Of a stretch of 64,000 nt of DNA, positions 43,921 through 54,336 are shown one piece after another. The DNA comes from Candidatus Hydrogenedentota bacterium (lineage in GTDB: Bacteria > Hydrogenedentota > Hydrogenedentia > Hydrogenedentales > SLHB01). The stretch is taken from NCBI GenBank assembly GCA_963668025.2, contig CAXXTH010000010.1, positions 1,120,001-1,184,000 of the forward strand, read 5' to 3'. A program made the position numbers and the translations under genes. Below the pieces are notes generated by a model. The model made no database searches, was not told the DNA's origin, and saw only the letters and a program-made list of their open reading frames with translations. Within the stretch, counting starts at the first letter, position 1, and every line of letters starts with the position of its first letter.

Positions 43921-44886
43921 ATGAACGTTTTGTGCGCCAATGTAATGGGTATGTGCGGCGGTGTTCGCCGGGCGCTGGAAATGGCGCTTGCCGTGGAGCA
44001 GCCTGCCGAAACGGTTATCTTGGGCGAGCTCGTGCATAACGAGCAAGTGTGCGAGATGCTAGGACAAAGGGGATTTCGGCATGTGGTTGTAGATAACGGC
44101 AGTCCGATTCCAGAAGCAGCCCAGGCGCTTATCCCCTCGCATGGTGTCAGCCGCATCATCACACGAAAGCTGGAAGAGGCGGGCAAGCAACTCATTGACG
44201 CCACGTGTCCCTTTGTGCGGGGGATTCACGAGACCGTGCAATCCATGCAGCGGGAAGGGCGGTTTGTCGTGGTGATTGGCAAGCGGGGGCATGCGGAGGT
44301 GGAAGGGGTGATTGGCGGTTGCACGCACTGCGCTGTCGCCAGTTGCCCGGAAGATGTGGTGTCCTATCCCTCGGAACAGCTTGGCATTGTATGCCAAAGC
44401 ACCGTATCGCCCGGCATGGTCGAATGCATGATGAACGCTATTTGCGCATGCAATCCTGGAAAATCCCTATGCTTTGCCGCCACCATTTGCCCCGCTACGC
44501 GCGAACGGCAGGCGGCTGTGGAAGCCTTGCTCGGCCAAGTGGAAGCCGTGGTGGTGGTAGGAGGTAAAACGTCGAATAATACCGTCGAGCTGGCTGCGTT
44601 GGTGCGCGCCCATGGCGTTTCCTGTTTCCATATCCAATCGGCGGCGGAATTGCGCGATGACTGGTTCCAGGGAATGAAAACCATTGGGCTTACGGCGGGG
44701 GCCTCCACTCCGGAACCGGCTATTCGGGAGGTGCAAGACTGGCTGGAGCAATGCCCAGGCTTGCCATCCGCCGCCATTGCAGAGAATAGAAGCGAAGCCT
44801 TGCCAAGTGTTTTGAAAACCTGGCTGCCCGCTTCGTATGCGGTTTCGTCTGAATCGCATGGATGCGCCATGAGTAAAGTGAGGTGA
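43921..44886 (+). CDS. ispH: 4-hydroxy-3-methylbut-2-enyl diphosphate reductase
   Basis: GMCGGVRRA, VHN, SHG, DATCPFV, HAEV, TICPAT.ERQ, TAGASTP. Confidence 0.92.
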   Translation: MNVLCANVMGMCGGVRRALEMALAVEQPAETVILGELVHNEQVCEMLGQRGFRHVVVDNGSPIPEAAQALIPSHGVSRIITRKLEEAGKQLIDATCPFVRGIHETVQSMQREGRFVVVIGKRGHAEVEGVIGGCTHCAVASCPEDVVSYPSEQLGIVCQSTVSPGMVECMMNAICACNPGKSLCFAATICPATRERQAAVEALLGQVEAVVVVGGKTSNNTVELAALVRAHGVSCFHIQSAAELRDDWFQGMKTIGLTAGASTPEPAIREVQDWLEQCPGLPSAAIAENRSEALPSVLKTWLPASYAVSSESHGCAMSKVR

Positions 44887-45320
44887 TACATATGAATGCA
44901 AGTAAAAAGATGCATACAATGAATGCCTGCGCTGCAATGTCGGTAATATGCGGGGTGATTGCATGTATGGTTTGCACTGGAATGGGGTGCGGTTCCAATG
45001 CGCCAGCAACCATGATGATCAAAGGTGTCGTACGTGACGCTGTAACGGGCCAGCCAATAGCCGAAGCGGTGGTGTTAGATGATGGATATGGGCCTGTTCA
45101 AGACCGTAGAAGCGGAACAACAGACGCATCAGGCCAGTATCAATATTATACATGGCCTGAGGAGCATTGCTTACTGGCGCAAGCGCCTGGTTACGTTCCA
45201 AAACGCTCCACAGTAACCACATACCTTTTCAAAAGTAATGCGGAAAAGAGGGTGGATTTTTTATTGGAGCCTGAGCAATCCGTTTCAGAAGAAGCAAAAG
45301 AAACGACTATACCCGAATGA
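44883..45320 (+). CDS. small exported (possibly lipo-) protein with a carboxypeptidase-regulatory-like domain
   Basis: GMGC; IKGVVRDAVTGQPI..A.V, TTDASGQY, APGY; start uncertain. Confidence 0.7.
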   Translation: MIHMNASKKMHTMNACAAMSVICGVIACMVCTGMGCGSNAPATMMIKGVVRDAVTGQPIAEAVVLDDGYGPVQDRRSGTTDASGQYQYYTWPEEHCLLAQAPGYVPKRSTVTTYLFKSNAEKRVDFLLEPEQSVSEEAKETTIPE

Positions 45321-45494
45321 ATATTGAATGCATAAATAGCTTTACCGTATTGAGTTATGCATGAACAACAGTGTTATTCTGGCGGGCCGGAACAGCGTTC
45401 TTTTGTCCTCTTGTGTTCACCATGCCTTTTGTGGCTAAATCCTCTCCGATTTGCGCGAGCCGGGATATCCCGGGCTAAGAGGATATGAAGGAGA

Positions 45495-46418
45495 ATGAGA
45501 ATGTCTGAACCGATCCCGGTCATCCTGGACACCGATCTGGGCGATGATATAGATGATACTTGGGCGCTGGGAATGCTGTTAGGGCTTCCGGAAGTGCGCC
45601 TCGATATGGTCGTGGCCGCGGCGGATGATACGCCGACGAAAGCGCGCCTGATCGCGCGCATCCTCGATGCCATGGGCCGCCCGGATATCCCGGTCGCCAT
45701 TGGCCCGAAAACGAGTGATGGGCTGCTGCATCAGCGGGAGTGGATCGGCGATTACCAGCTTTCTTCCTATCCCGGCTCCGTGTATGAAGATGGCATTGCC
45801 GCCGTGGTCGAGCGCATTCATCAGCTTCCCGCGCCCGTGACCGTTTGCGCAATTGGCCCCCTGACCAATTTGCGCGCCATGCTCGAATTAGACCCCAGCA
45901 TTGCGGACAAGGTGCGTGTCGTGAGCATGGCTGGAAGCATTTATACCGAGCACCGGGGCAAACCGGGGCGTATCGCGGAATGGAATGTGCAGAAAGATAT
46001 TCCTGCGGCGCAGGCGGTATTTAATGCGCCTTGGCCCATTACGCTGGCTCCTTTGGATGGCTGCGGCGACATTTGGCTGCGTGGGGAGCGTTTCGAGCGG
46101 GTGGCGTCGTCGTCTCATCCGCGCGCCCGAACGGTCATGGATAATTACAACGCATGGGCGTTTCGGGAGCAATACGCCAGTGATTCCAGCAGTGTGCTGT
46201 TTGATACTGCGGCGGTATGGCTCTGCTTCGCCCAATTACCCGGCGAAGCTTCCGCGCCAGAGCGTGATTGTTTCGATATGCAATCCGTGACATTACATGT
46301 GAATGATTTGGGGGAGACGATACCGTGCGCGGAAGGCCGACCTGCTTGGTGCGCCATGGGGTATAGCGGCCGTGATGCTTTCGAGGAAGCACTTGTCCGT
46401 TCACTGACGGAAGACTGA
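45495..46418 (+). CDS. nucleoside hydrolase (IU-NH family)
   Basis: ILDTDLGDDIDD, IGPLTN, EWNV..D, PLD, LFD. Confidence 0.9.
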   Translation: MRMSEPIPVILDTDLGDDIDDTWALGMLLGLPEVRLDMVVAAADDTPTKARLIARILDAMGRPDIPVAIGPKTSDGLLHQREWIGDYQLSSYPGSVYEDGIAAVVERIHQLPAPVTVCAIGPLTNLRAMLELDPSIADKVRVVSMAGSIYTEHRGKPGRIAEWNVQKDIPAAQAVFNAPWPITLAPLDGCGDIWLRGERFERVASSSHPRARTVMDNYNAWAFREQYASDSSSVLFDTAAVWLCFAQLPGEASAPERDCFDMQSVTLHVNDLGETIPCAEGRPAWCAMGYSGRDAFEEALVRSLTED

Positions 46419-46446
46419 GTGCAGACATTAGAATTGGGCAGATCCC

Positions 46447-46494
46447 GTAGCATGGCCGTCCCGGCCATGCGCATGGGCGGGACGCCTATGCTAC
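46447..46494. repeat. GTAG-type REP doublet between convergent genes
   Basis: Reverse complement of 2401-2448 with one mismatch. Confidence 0.85.
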
Positions 46495-46518
46495 TTTGGA
46501 CCGCTATGGACCATTTCG

Positions 46519-47776
46519 CTACCCGCTCAGGCTGTGTACGGTTCCGCAGCGCGGACAACGGACGGAGGCCTGCTTGTACTCCGGCGGCACTTTGATGCGC
46601 AAACCACAATCACACACGATGAACTGGTATCCATGGGCTTTGCGGACGGTGTCGTAGGCCTGGCGCATCTGGTTGCGGGGCGTGGCCATGGCAATCGGCA
46701 GGGGGGTGGCGCCGGTTTGCGCGCCCACGAGGCCGAGGGCCGGTTCGGCGGCGGAAGGCCCCCCGGGCGGATTCGGCTTGGGCGGCGAGGGCCGACGCAG
46801 GCATGCGCCCGGCACGGTCGCCGGAGACTTGTTCGAGTGATTGCTGGTAGGCTTTGTAGGAAACCTCACCTCCCGCCATGCCGCGCAGGATGCGCACGCG
46901 CTCTTCGATAGGCGGATGAGTGGTGAACAGCCCCACGGCGGAACGGCGCAAAGGATTCTCGATGTAGAGCGGGGCTGTGGCGCGGTTGGCCTGCTGCAAC
47001 TGAGGGCTCGGGTCCTGGGAGATGGCCTCGAGGGCCGATGCAAGGCCCTCGGGATAGCGCGTGAGCATGGCCCCGCTGGCGTCGGCCAAGTACTCCCGGC
47101 GGCGCGATGCGGCAAAATAGATAAGCTGGCCGATGATGGGCGCGAGTATGGCGAGCACGAGGGCAATCACCATCATGAGGGCTTGGGCTTGCCCGTTGCT
47201 GTCCGACGAAGAACGGGAACGGCGCATGCCACCGCTATAAAACATCCCACGCAGATACACCTCGGCGATGATAGTGATGGCCCCGAGCATGACGCCCACT
47301 AACGTCATGAACAGGATATCGCGGTTGGCCACATGGGACATCTCGTGGGCGATGACCCCTTGAAGCTGGTCGCGGTTGAGCCGTCCCAGGAGCCCCGCCG
47401 TTACGGCTACGGCGGAGTGCTCAGGATCGCGGCCCGTGGCGAAGGCGTTCAAGGCGGGCGTGTCGATGATGTATATATCCGGCACTTGCTTGAAGCCCGC
47501 TGCGATGGACATTTCCTCGACGACGTTATATAGGCGGGGGTCATCTTCTTTTTCGACGCGGCGCGCGCCGCTGCTGGCCAGGAGAATCGCGCTGCCCTGG
47601 TAATAGCTCACCAGGCCCATGACAGCCCAAATGCCCACCGCCACGGCGGTTCCGAACGCGCCGCCTCCGCGCGCGAACGCCTCGCCGATGAAATAGCCCA
47701 AGGCCACTAGAATGGCGGCCATGCAGAACACGAGGAAAACCGACCGGCGCTTATTGGCTTGGATTTGCTCCCACAT
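46519..47776 (-). CDS. htpX: HtpX/M48 zinc protease with C-terminal Cys4 ribbon; +1 frameshift at C6 46759-46764
   Basis: MWEQIQANKRRS, NAFATG, HEMSH, SRRREYLAD, THPP..ERV; other frame ends CDCGLRIKVP..VRCPRCG. Confidence 0.88.
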
Positions 47777-47917
47777 GTGTATACTCTTACCCCTATGCCA
47801 ACGCTGCGATGTGTGGTGCGTTTTGCTCCATGCCGATAGTGTGCGTGCGTTATAGGGGAAAAAACAAGTGGGGCTCGCCAGCCTGATGCTGATGGCGTCA
47901 GGATTAGCCGGGGAAGC

Positions 47918-48823
47918 ATGAATATGGAAATCAAAGACTCCTTTTTCCATCGTTTTAAGCAGCCTTTGGAAGAGATGCGGCTCGAACCGGTTTTCTGCAA
48001 TTTATGCGGCTCGGAGCACTACAAGCTGCTCGGGAAAGAGTATGTCTTCGAGATTCGCGAGTGCGGTTCGTGCGGCCTGGTTTACGTGTCGCCCCAGCCG
48101 TGCTTGGAAGATCTCCCCAAGTTTTATGAAGATATGTTCGCTTCCGACACCGAGCGGTCGTACGAAGCGTATGACGCCAGGCGCGCGGTCATGAACCATC
48201 TCCGGCGTATTGTGGTCCGAAGAGGTCTACGCCAGCCGCGCCTGCTCGAAGCTGGGTGCGGTTATGGCCTGTTCTTGCAACATGTGAACAGTGTAGCGTC
48301 TAGCCTAACGGGCACGGAGGTGAGCGCCCCCACCGCGGAAAGCGCCAGGCAACGTAATCCGCAAGCCCATATTGTGACAGGCACTCTCGAGGCCATCGAT
48401 TTCCCGACAGCAAGCTTTGACTGTATCGTGCTGATCGCCGTATTTGAGCACTTAAAAGATCCCAAATCGATTCTCGAAAAATTGCATGGCTGGCTGGCCC
48501 CCGGCGGGCTCATCATCCTGCAAGTGCCATATGTCCAGACGTTCATCCGGTTGAAGCGCTGGATTCCATCTTTGCCCATCAGCTTTGAAGCGCCCCGGCA
48601 TCTGTTTGATTACTCGCCCAAGACGCTACCGCGATACTTGGAGGAATGCGGATTTCAATCGTGCCAAGTGGAAATATCCAGGCCGTATTACAGCGATTTC
48701 AGCCTTCATTCCTTCCTGATTTGGGCCGTGAAAAGCCCGGGATTACTATTGCATTGGCTTACGTGCGGGCGCTATGTGTTTCCATTTGCCTGCGGCATCG
48801 TGGCGCATGCCTTGAAAAAGTAA
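47918..48823 (+). CDS. class I SAM-dependent methyltransferase
   Basis: CNLCG, CGSCGL, LLEAGCGYG, FEHL.DP, L.PGG, PRHL. Confidence 0.9.
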   Translation: MNMEIKDSFFHRFKQPLEEMRLEPVFCNLCGSEHYKLLGKEYVFEIRECGSCGLVYVSPQPCLEDLPKFYEDMFASDTERSYEAYDARRAVMNHLRRIVVRRGLRQPRLLEAGCGYGLFLQHVNSVASSLTGTEVSAPTAESARQRNPQAHIVTGTLEAIDFPTASFDCIVLIAVFEHLKDPKSILEKLHGWLAPGGLIILQVPYVQTFIRLKRWIPSLPISFEAPRHLFDYSPKTLPRYLEECGFQSCQVEISRPYYSDFSLHSFLIWAVKSPGLLLHWLTCGRYVFPFACGIVAHALKK

Positions 48824-48904
48824 GGCGAATCTGGGAATTCGGCGCTTGTCATATTATGAAAAAAAGAAATACCAAACAGTAGTTTCTATAATACATCATT
48901 ATAT

Positions 48905-48940
48905 TGGTCCAATCTGTCCCATCTGTCCAATTGGTCCCAT
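48905..48940. repeat. 9-nt tandem array
   Basis: TGGTCCAAT CTGTCCCAT CTGTCCAAT TGGTCCCAT. Confidence 0.75.
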
Positions 48941-49242
48941 TATTTCCTCATGCATTCTCTTGATATCATTTATAACATTTTCCGCATTGTGCGCAGGGGC
49001 GTTTTTTTTTATTCAGAGATGGGCACTTTTTTGAAATAGTTGTGTTTAAAAGGGGCAAGATTTTTCCGTGCAATACTGAATAAGAAAGCGGCGGATTCGC
49101 CGAATAGTATGGTTATAGGTTTTCCCAGCCTTGATTTAACCAGCGTATTCAGCAAAACTGAACCACCGGATTTGGGACGGATTCGGCTGCTACTCGCGCT
49201 TGCGGTGTGCTCAAACGAAAGGGATTGCCATGAAAATGGCGA

Positions 49243-50615
49243 ATGCTCAAGTGGGCAATTGGGGGAGTTCTAGTTATTGGAGCGCTTGCAGGGGGCGTAT
49301 ATTGGTGGCGAATAAGCCATGCAACTATACCAGATACGGCCCAGGCGGAGCAGATGGTGGAACAAATCGAGCGTGGATCCATCCGCCAATCGGTGCAATG
49401 CACGGGACGGGTGGTTTCTAACCTGGATGTCGAGATCAAGTGCCGTGCAAGCGGCCAAGTCATAAAGATTCCGTTTGATATTAGCGATCATGTAAAGAAG
49501 GATGATCTGCTTCTAGAGCTGGATCCGGTAGATCAGGAGCGGCAGGTTCAACAAGCGGAGGCTTCACTTGCGGCCTCTAAAGCCCGTTTGGCCCAAGCCC
49601 AAGTGGCGCTTCTCACGGCCGAAAAGAATATCGTCGTGGGATGGCCAAAAGGCCAATGCCGCGCTTCAGTCAGCCAAAGCCCGTGCGGCGGACGCCTCCG
49701 CCAAGGCGAAACGCGAAGAGGAACTGCTGGAGAAAAAATATACAAGCCCTGAAAATGTGGAAACAGCCCGAACCACCGCTGTCCAGGCAGAGCAAGATGT
49801 GTTGACTGCCCAGGCCGCCATCGAGGGCTTGAAAACGCAGAAGATTGACCTCGAGACCAAGCTGCAACAAATCTGCCTCAGTAAAGCGGATGTGGACTCG
49901 GACCAAATTGCCCTAGATCTCGCTAAGCGGCAGCTCGGCTATACGAAAGTCTTCGCGCCCATTGATGGGGTGATTTCGGATAGGAAAATCCAGATCGGAC
50001 AGATCATCTCGTCGGGCATCAGCAATGTGGGCGGCGGCACGACCGCGCTCATGCTCTCGGATTTATCGCGCATATACATATTGGCCTCGGTGGACGAAAG
50101 CGATATTGGCGAAGTGCAGCTTGGCCAAACGGCGGATATCACGGCGGATGCGTATCCGCGCAAGCAGTTTACCGGGAAAGTGGACCGCATCGCCGCGAAG
50201 GGGGTCAATACGCAGAATGTCGTGACTTTTGAAGTGCGTGTCGAGGTGTTGAGTGAAGATAAATTGATGCTCAAACCGGAGATGACGGCGAATGTTTCCA
50301 TTCTAGTGGCGGAAGCTACGGATACGTTGCTGGCGCCCGCGGGCGCAATATTCCGCGACAAAGGGGACATGTTCGTTTCGCTCCAGAAGCCCGACGGGAC
50401 GATAGAAGAAAAACATCCTGTCCAGGTGGGTATCACGGATTTAATGCAAACGCAAATCCTGAGCGGCCTCCAGGAAGGCGATAAGGTTGTGATTCAGAGC
50501 ACGGAAGCGGACAGCCGCTGGCGTGCGGGAGGGGGCGAATGCGGCCCAGCAAAATACGCGGCAGCGGATGATGATGATGCGCACCATGGGCGGCGGCGGA
50601 GGTTTCCGGCGTTGA
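49243..50615 (+). CDS. MacA-like periplasmic adaptor; two +1 frameshifts
   Basis: N-terminal TM, ASGQV, APIDGVI, VDESDIG, LKPEMTA; breaks near 49638-49650 and at G5 50531-50535; corrected tail [15 protein letters not shown]-stop. Confidence 0.85.
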
Positions 50616-51271
50616 TCGAGTTGGAAGAAGTCCGAAAAACGTACTTGCTGGGCGGGACAACGGTCAAAGCCTTGGACGGAGTGAGCCTCATCATCCAAGA
50701 AGGAGAGATGGTGGCTATCACGGGTCCATCAGGCAGCGGCAAATCCACGCTTATGCATATTTTGGGCTGCCTGGATGTGCCAGATTCAGGCATGTATCGC
50801 CTTGCGGGAGAAAATGTAGCCGGGCTTAACAGCGACCGGCTTGCCGAGATCCGCAACCGGCGAATTGGCTTTGTATTCCAGACTTTTAATTTACTGCCCC
50901 GGCTCAGCGCTCTCGAGAATGTCGAGCTGCCGATGCTGTACGCACATAATCATGACGCCAAGGAGCAGGCCGCCGATGCGTTGAAGCTGGTGGGCCTTGC
51001 CGAACGCATGGGCCACGAGCCCTCCAAGCTTTCTGGCGGCCAGCGCCAGCGCGTTGCTGTCGCCCGGGCCATTGTGACCAATCCATCCATTATTCTGGCC
51101 GACGAGCCAACCGGAAACTTGGATTCACGAACCGGTGAAGAGATTTTAGAGTTATTCGATCAACTGCATGAACAAGGTCGCACCATCATTATCGTGACGC
51201 ATGAAAAAGAGGTCGCGGATCGATGTGGACGTTCGATAATGATTCGCGACGGGCAGATCGTAGAGGGTTGA
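50612..51271 (+). CDS. MacB/LolD-type ABC ATPase
   Basis: GGAGGT RBS, TTG start overlapping the upstream TGA; [26 protein letters not shown]. Confidence 0.92.
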   Translation: MIELEEVRKTYLLGGTTVKALDGVSLIIQEGEMVAITGPSGSGKSTLMHILGCLDVPDSGMYRLAGENVAGLNSDRLAEIRNRRIGFVFQTFNLLPRLSALENVELPMLYAHNHDAKEQAADALKLVGLAERMGHEPSKLSGGQRQRVAVARAIVTNPSIILADEPTGNLDSRTGEEILELFDQLHEQGRTIIIVTHEKEVADRCGRSIMIRDGQIVEG

Positions 51272-51283
51272 CGGAGGCCGCGC

Positions 51284-52492
51284 ATGTATTTCCTCGTGTT
51301 ACTAAAAGTGGCTATATTCAGCCTGGTGGCCAACAAGCTGCGCTCTTTTCTGGCCGTGCTGGGCGTCATTATCGGCGTGGGAGCCGTTATCGCCATGCTG
51401 GCTATCGCGGCGGGCGCAAAGGCCCAAGTGTTGAGCAGCATTTCCTCGATGGGCACGAATCTCCTGGTTGTACGCCCCGCCCAGCACGGCACGGGCGGCG
51501 TCATGACCGGCACCCAGCAAAATCTTACCATTGAAGACGCCCAAGCTATATTGAAAGATGTGCCGGGCATCGTGCAGGTTTCGCCGGTGGTGCAAAACCG
51601 CGCCCAGCTTAAATACTATGAGAAGAACACGGGCACGCAGGTGATTGGCGCTTCTTCCCCTTATCTGCCCATCCGCAGCTTCCAGCTTGAAAAGGGCCGC
51701 CTTTTCAGCGATTCCGAGGAATCCCAGATGGCCAAAGTGGCGATCATTGGTCCCGTCACGGCGGAAAACCTGATGGGGAAGGAGAATCCCATTGGTGCGA
51801 CCATCAAAATAAATGGCATCAATTTCCTGGTGGTTGGCGTTACGAAATCCAAGGGCGATCAAGGCTGGTTCAATCCGGATGATACGGCCATCATCCCTTA
51901 CACCACCGCCATGAAACAATTGTTTGGCCTGGATTATCTGCGCGAGATCGACATTCAATGTAAAGACCCTGAAGATCTCAATACCGTCCAGGATGCCGTC
52001 ATTGCGTTGATTCGCCAGCGCCACCGAGTCCAGCCGGATATGCCCGATGATGTCGAAATTCGTAATCAGGCGGATTTATTAAGCACGGCTTCCTCGGTCA
52101 CGCAGACGTTCACCATATTGCTTGGGGCTGTCGCGGGAATATCGCTTCTCGTTGGCGGCATCGGGATCATGAATATCATGCTGGTGACGGTTACCGAGCG
52201 CACCCGCGAGATCGGCATCCGGAAAGCCATCGGCGCGAAAGACCGGGACATCCTGCGCCAGTTCTTGTTCGAGGCCATTCTGATGAGCGGCCTAGGCGGG
52301 CTCATCGGCGTGGGGGCGGGCGTGGGGGCCGCCAAGGCTATCGCGAGCCTGACGAATTTCTCGACAGTGTTGCAAGTGCAGAGCATTGTCATGGCAATGC
52401 TGTTCGCCGCTTCCGTGGGCGTATTTTTTGGGTATTATCCCGCACGCCGCGCCGCGCGGCTGAATCCTATAGATGCATTGCGCTACGAATAA
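51284..52492 (+). CDS. MacB/FtsX-type ABC permease
   Basis: NKLRS.L..LGVIIGV, GGIGIMNIML..V.ERTREIGIRKA.GA, PA.RAA.L.PI.ALRYE. Confidence 0.94.
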   Translation: MYFLVLLKVAIFSLVANKLRSFLAVLGVIIGVGAVIAMLAIAAGAKAQVLSSISSMGTNLLVVRPAQHGTGGVMTGTQQNLTIEDAQAILKDVPGIVQVSPVVQNRAQLKYYEKNTGTQVIGASSPYLPIRSFQLEKGRLFSDSEESQMAKVAIIGPVTAENLMGKENPIGATIKINGINFLVVGVTKSKGDQGWFNPDDTAIIPYTTAMKQLFGLDYLREIDIQCKDPEDLNTVQDAVIALIRQRHRVQPDMPDDVEIRNQADLLSTASSVTQTFTILLGAVAGISLLVGGIGIMNIMLVTVTERTREIGIRKAIGAKDRDILRQFLFEAILMSGLGGLIGVGAGVGAAKAIASLTNFSTVLQVQSIVMAMLFAASVGVFFGYYPARRAARLNPIDALRYE

Positions 52493-52535
52493 CGATCCGG
52501 GCGGAAACGTGTTTGCCCGGCAGATAGGAGAGCAT

Positions 52536-54284
52536 GTGAGAATCGGCATTTTGACGTTTTGCGCGGGTTTGGCGGGTATAGGCGGCATGCTGGCTGGCTG
52601 CGCCACTATTGAAGCGCGCCCCACATCCGCTATTCCTGAAATCGCGGCGGCCCCGCCGGCGGGTGCGGCTGAACAGGCATCGCCTCCGGCGCTTGAATCG
52701 CCACCGGTGGAAAATCCTGCACCTAACGCCGATGCGCCAGAAACGCCTGCTCCGCTCTCGGCAACGATTGAGGAAGCCATTGTAATCGCGCTGGAGCACA
52801 ATCAAAGCCTTCGCGTGCAGGAGGCGAATCCCTCCATCTCTGCTACCTCCGTGGCGCAACAGCGCGCGGTATTTGATCCCACGTTCTCTGCGGCTTATTC
52901 GATGACTTGGGAGCGGGTGACGCGCGATCAGTTGATACAAACCACGTTGGATTGGACAAACTCGGGTGTGGGTATTTCGCCGGATATCACTGCATTAACA
53001 CCCGTCAAGACAATGGCCAAAACGCGAATGGAAGAAGGCAGCGCCGGGATCAGCCAGTTTTTCCCGACAGGCACGGACGTGAGCATGTCCATCGGCCCGA
53101 GCCGCACCAAATTACGCAACCACTCTTCCTACCCTGAATTAACGAGCGGCACGGATACGGACCAGAAAAACACCAGCATTATGGTGTCCGTGACCCAGAA
53201 CCTGTTGCAAGGAGCTGGATTAGGCGTCAATTTGGCCAGTATGCGCCAGGCGCGCCTGGACGCCGCTTCCTCGGAGTATGAGCTGCGCGGCTTCGTCGAG
53301 GATTTGGTCGCGCAAGTCGAGAAGGGCTATTGGGACTGCGTGCTGGCCCAGAAGCAGATCGCCATATACGAAGATGCGCTTAGTGTGGCGCAACGGCAGG
53401 CGGATGAGATTGAAGAGCGCATCCGCATTGGGCGGGAAGCGGAAACGGAACGCGCCGCAGCCCAGGCGGAAGTGGCCCAGCGGCGCGGTTCGCTGATTGA
53501 CGCCCGGGGCGCTTATGATAAAGCGCGCCTGGCGCTGCTGCGCCTTTTGAATCCCACGGAAGACGCCCTCCGCACGGCCAATATCGAATTGAAGACCACT
53601 CCAGTTACGCCGGAAATCCCACTTGACGCCATAGATGCGTCGGTGGAGCTTGCCCAGCGCATGAGGCCTGATCTCAATCAAGCGCGTTTGCAAATTCAAC
53701 GCGACGGCCTAGAAATCGTAAAGACGAAAAACGGCTTGCTGCCCCAGCTTGATCTCTTCCTTTCTCTCGGTAAAGACCTTAACCATACCGAATACACGGA
53801 TTCGTTTCTGTCGGGCAGCCGTACGCCGCGCGATAACCGGATGTCCACGCAGGTGGGAGTGGAGTTCAGTTATCCCATTGGCAACCGCGCCGCGCGGGCG
53901 CTCGATGAGCGCGCCCACTTGGCGCGCAGCCAGGACTGGGATGCCCTTGCCAATATGGTCCAGCTCGCCGAACAGGATGTCCGCACGGCGTATGTTGAAC
54001 TGCGCCGCGCGAAAGAGCAGATCGCCGCCACTGCCGCCACGCGCCGCTTGCAGGAAGAGACGCTTCAAATTGAGACGGAGAAACTCCGCCTTGGCCGTTC
54101 GCCGGTTCTCCTGGTCGCCCAGGCGCAACGCGATCTCCTCACGGCCCAGATCAATGAGGTGCAAGCCCAAACGGATTATCTAAAAGCGATTGTGGACCTC
54201 TATCTATATGAGGGCACTTTGCTTGAGCGCCGGGGCGTATCGTGTCCGGGAAGCGAACCGGTGGAGCTGGCGCGGCAGGAATAA
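52536..54284 (+). CDS. TolC-family outer membrane lipoprotein
   Basis: AGGAG RBS plus GTG; lipobox LAGC; ALEHN, LLPQLDL, helical OEP repeats. Confidence 0.9.
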   Translation: MRIGILTFCAGLAGIGGMLAGCATIEARPTSAIPEIAAAPPAGAAEQASPPALESPPVENPAPNADAPETPAPLSATIEEAIVIALEHNQSLRVQEANPSISATSVAQQRAVFDPTFSAAYSMTWERVTRDQLIQTTLDWTNSGVGISPDITALTPVKTMAKTRMEEGSAGISQFFPTGTDVSMSIGPSRTKLRNHSSYPELTSGTDTDQKNTSIMVSVTQNLLQGAGLGVNLASMRQARLDAASSEYELRGFVEDLVAQVEKGYWDCVLAQKQIAIYEDALSVAQRQADEIEERIRIGREAETERAAAQAEVAQRRGSLIDARGAYDKARLALLRLLNPTEDALRTANIELKTTPVTPEIPLDAIDASVELAQRMRPDLNQARLQIQRDGLEIVKTKNGLLPQLDLFLSLGKDLNHTEYTDSFLSGSRTPRDNRMSTQVGVEFSYPIGNRAARALDERAHLARSQDWDALANMVQLAEQDVRTAYVELRRAKEQIAATAATRRLQEETLQIETEKLRLGRSPVLLVAQAQRDLLTAQINEVQAQTDYLKAIVDLYLYEGTLLERRGVSCPGSEPVELARQE

Positions 54285-54336
54285 ACCAGCGCTTGTTTTT
54301 GGGCTGTCGCCAGTTATGTTTGTGGCCAAGAATAGT

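Noticed and set aside
49568-51271. Apparent 567-aa adaptor-ATPase fusion in the ORF track
   Set aside because: One extra G at 50531-50535 explains it; the corrected adaptor stops at 50615 and the ATPase has its own RBS and TTG start
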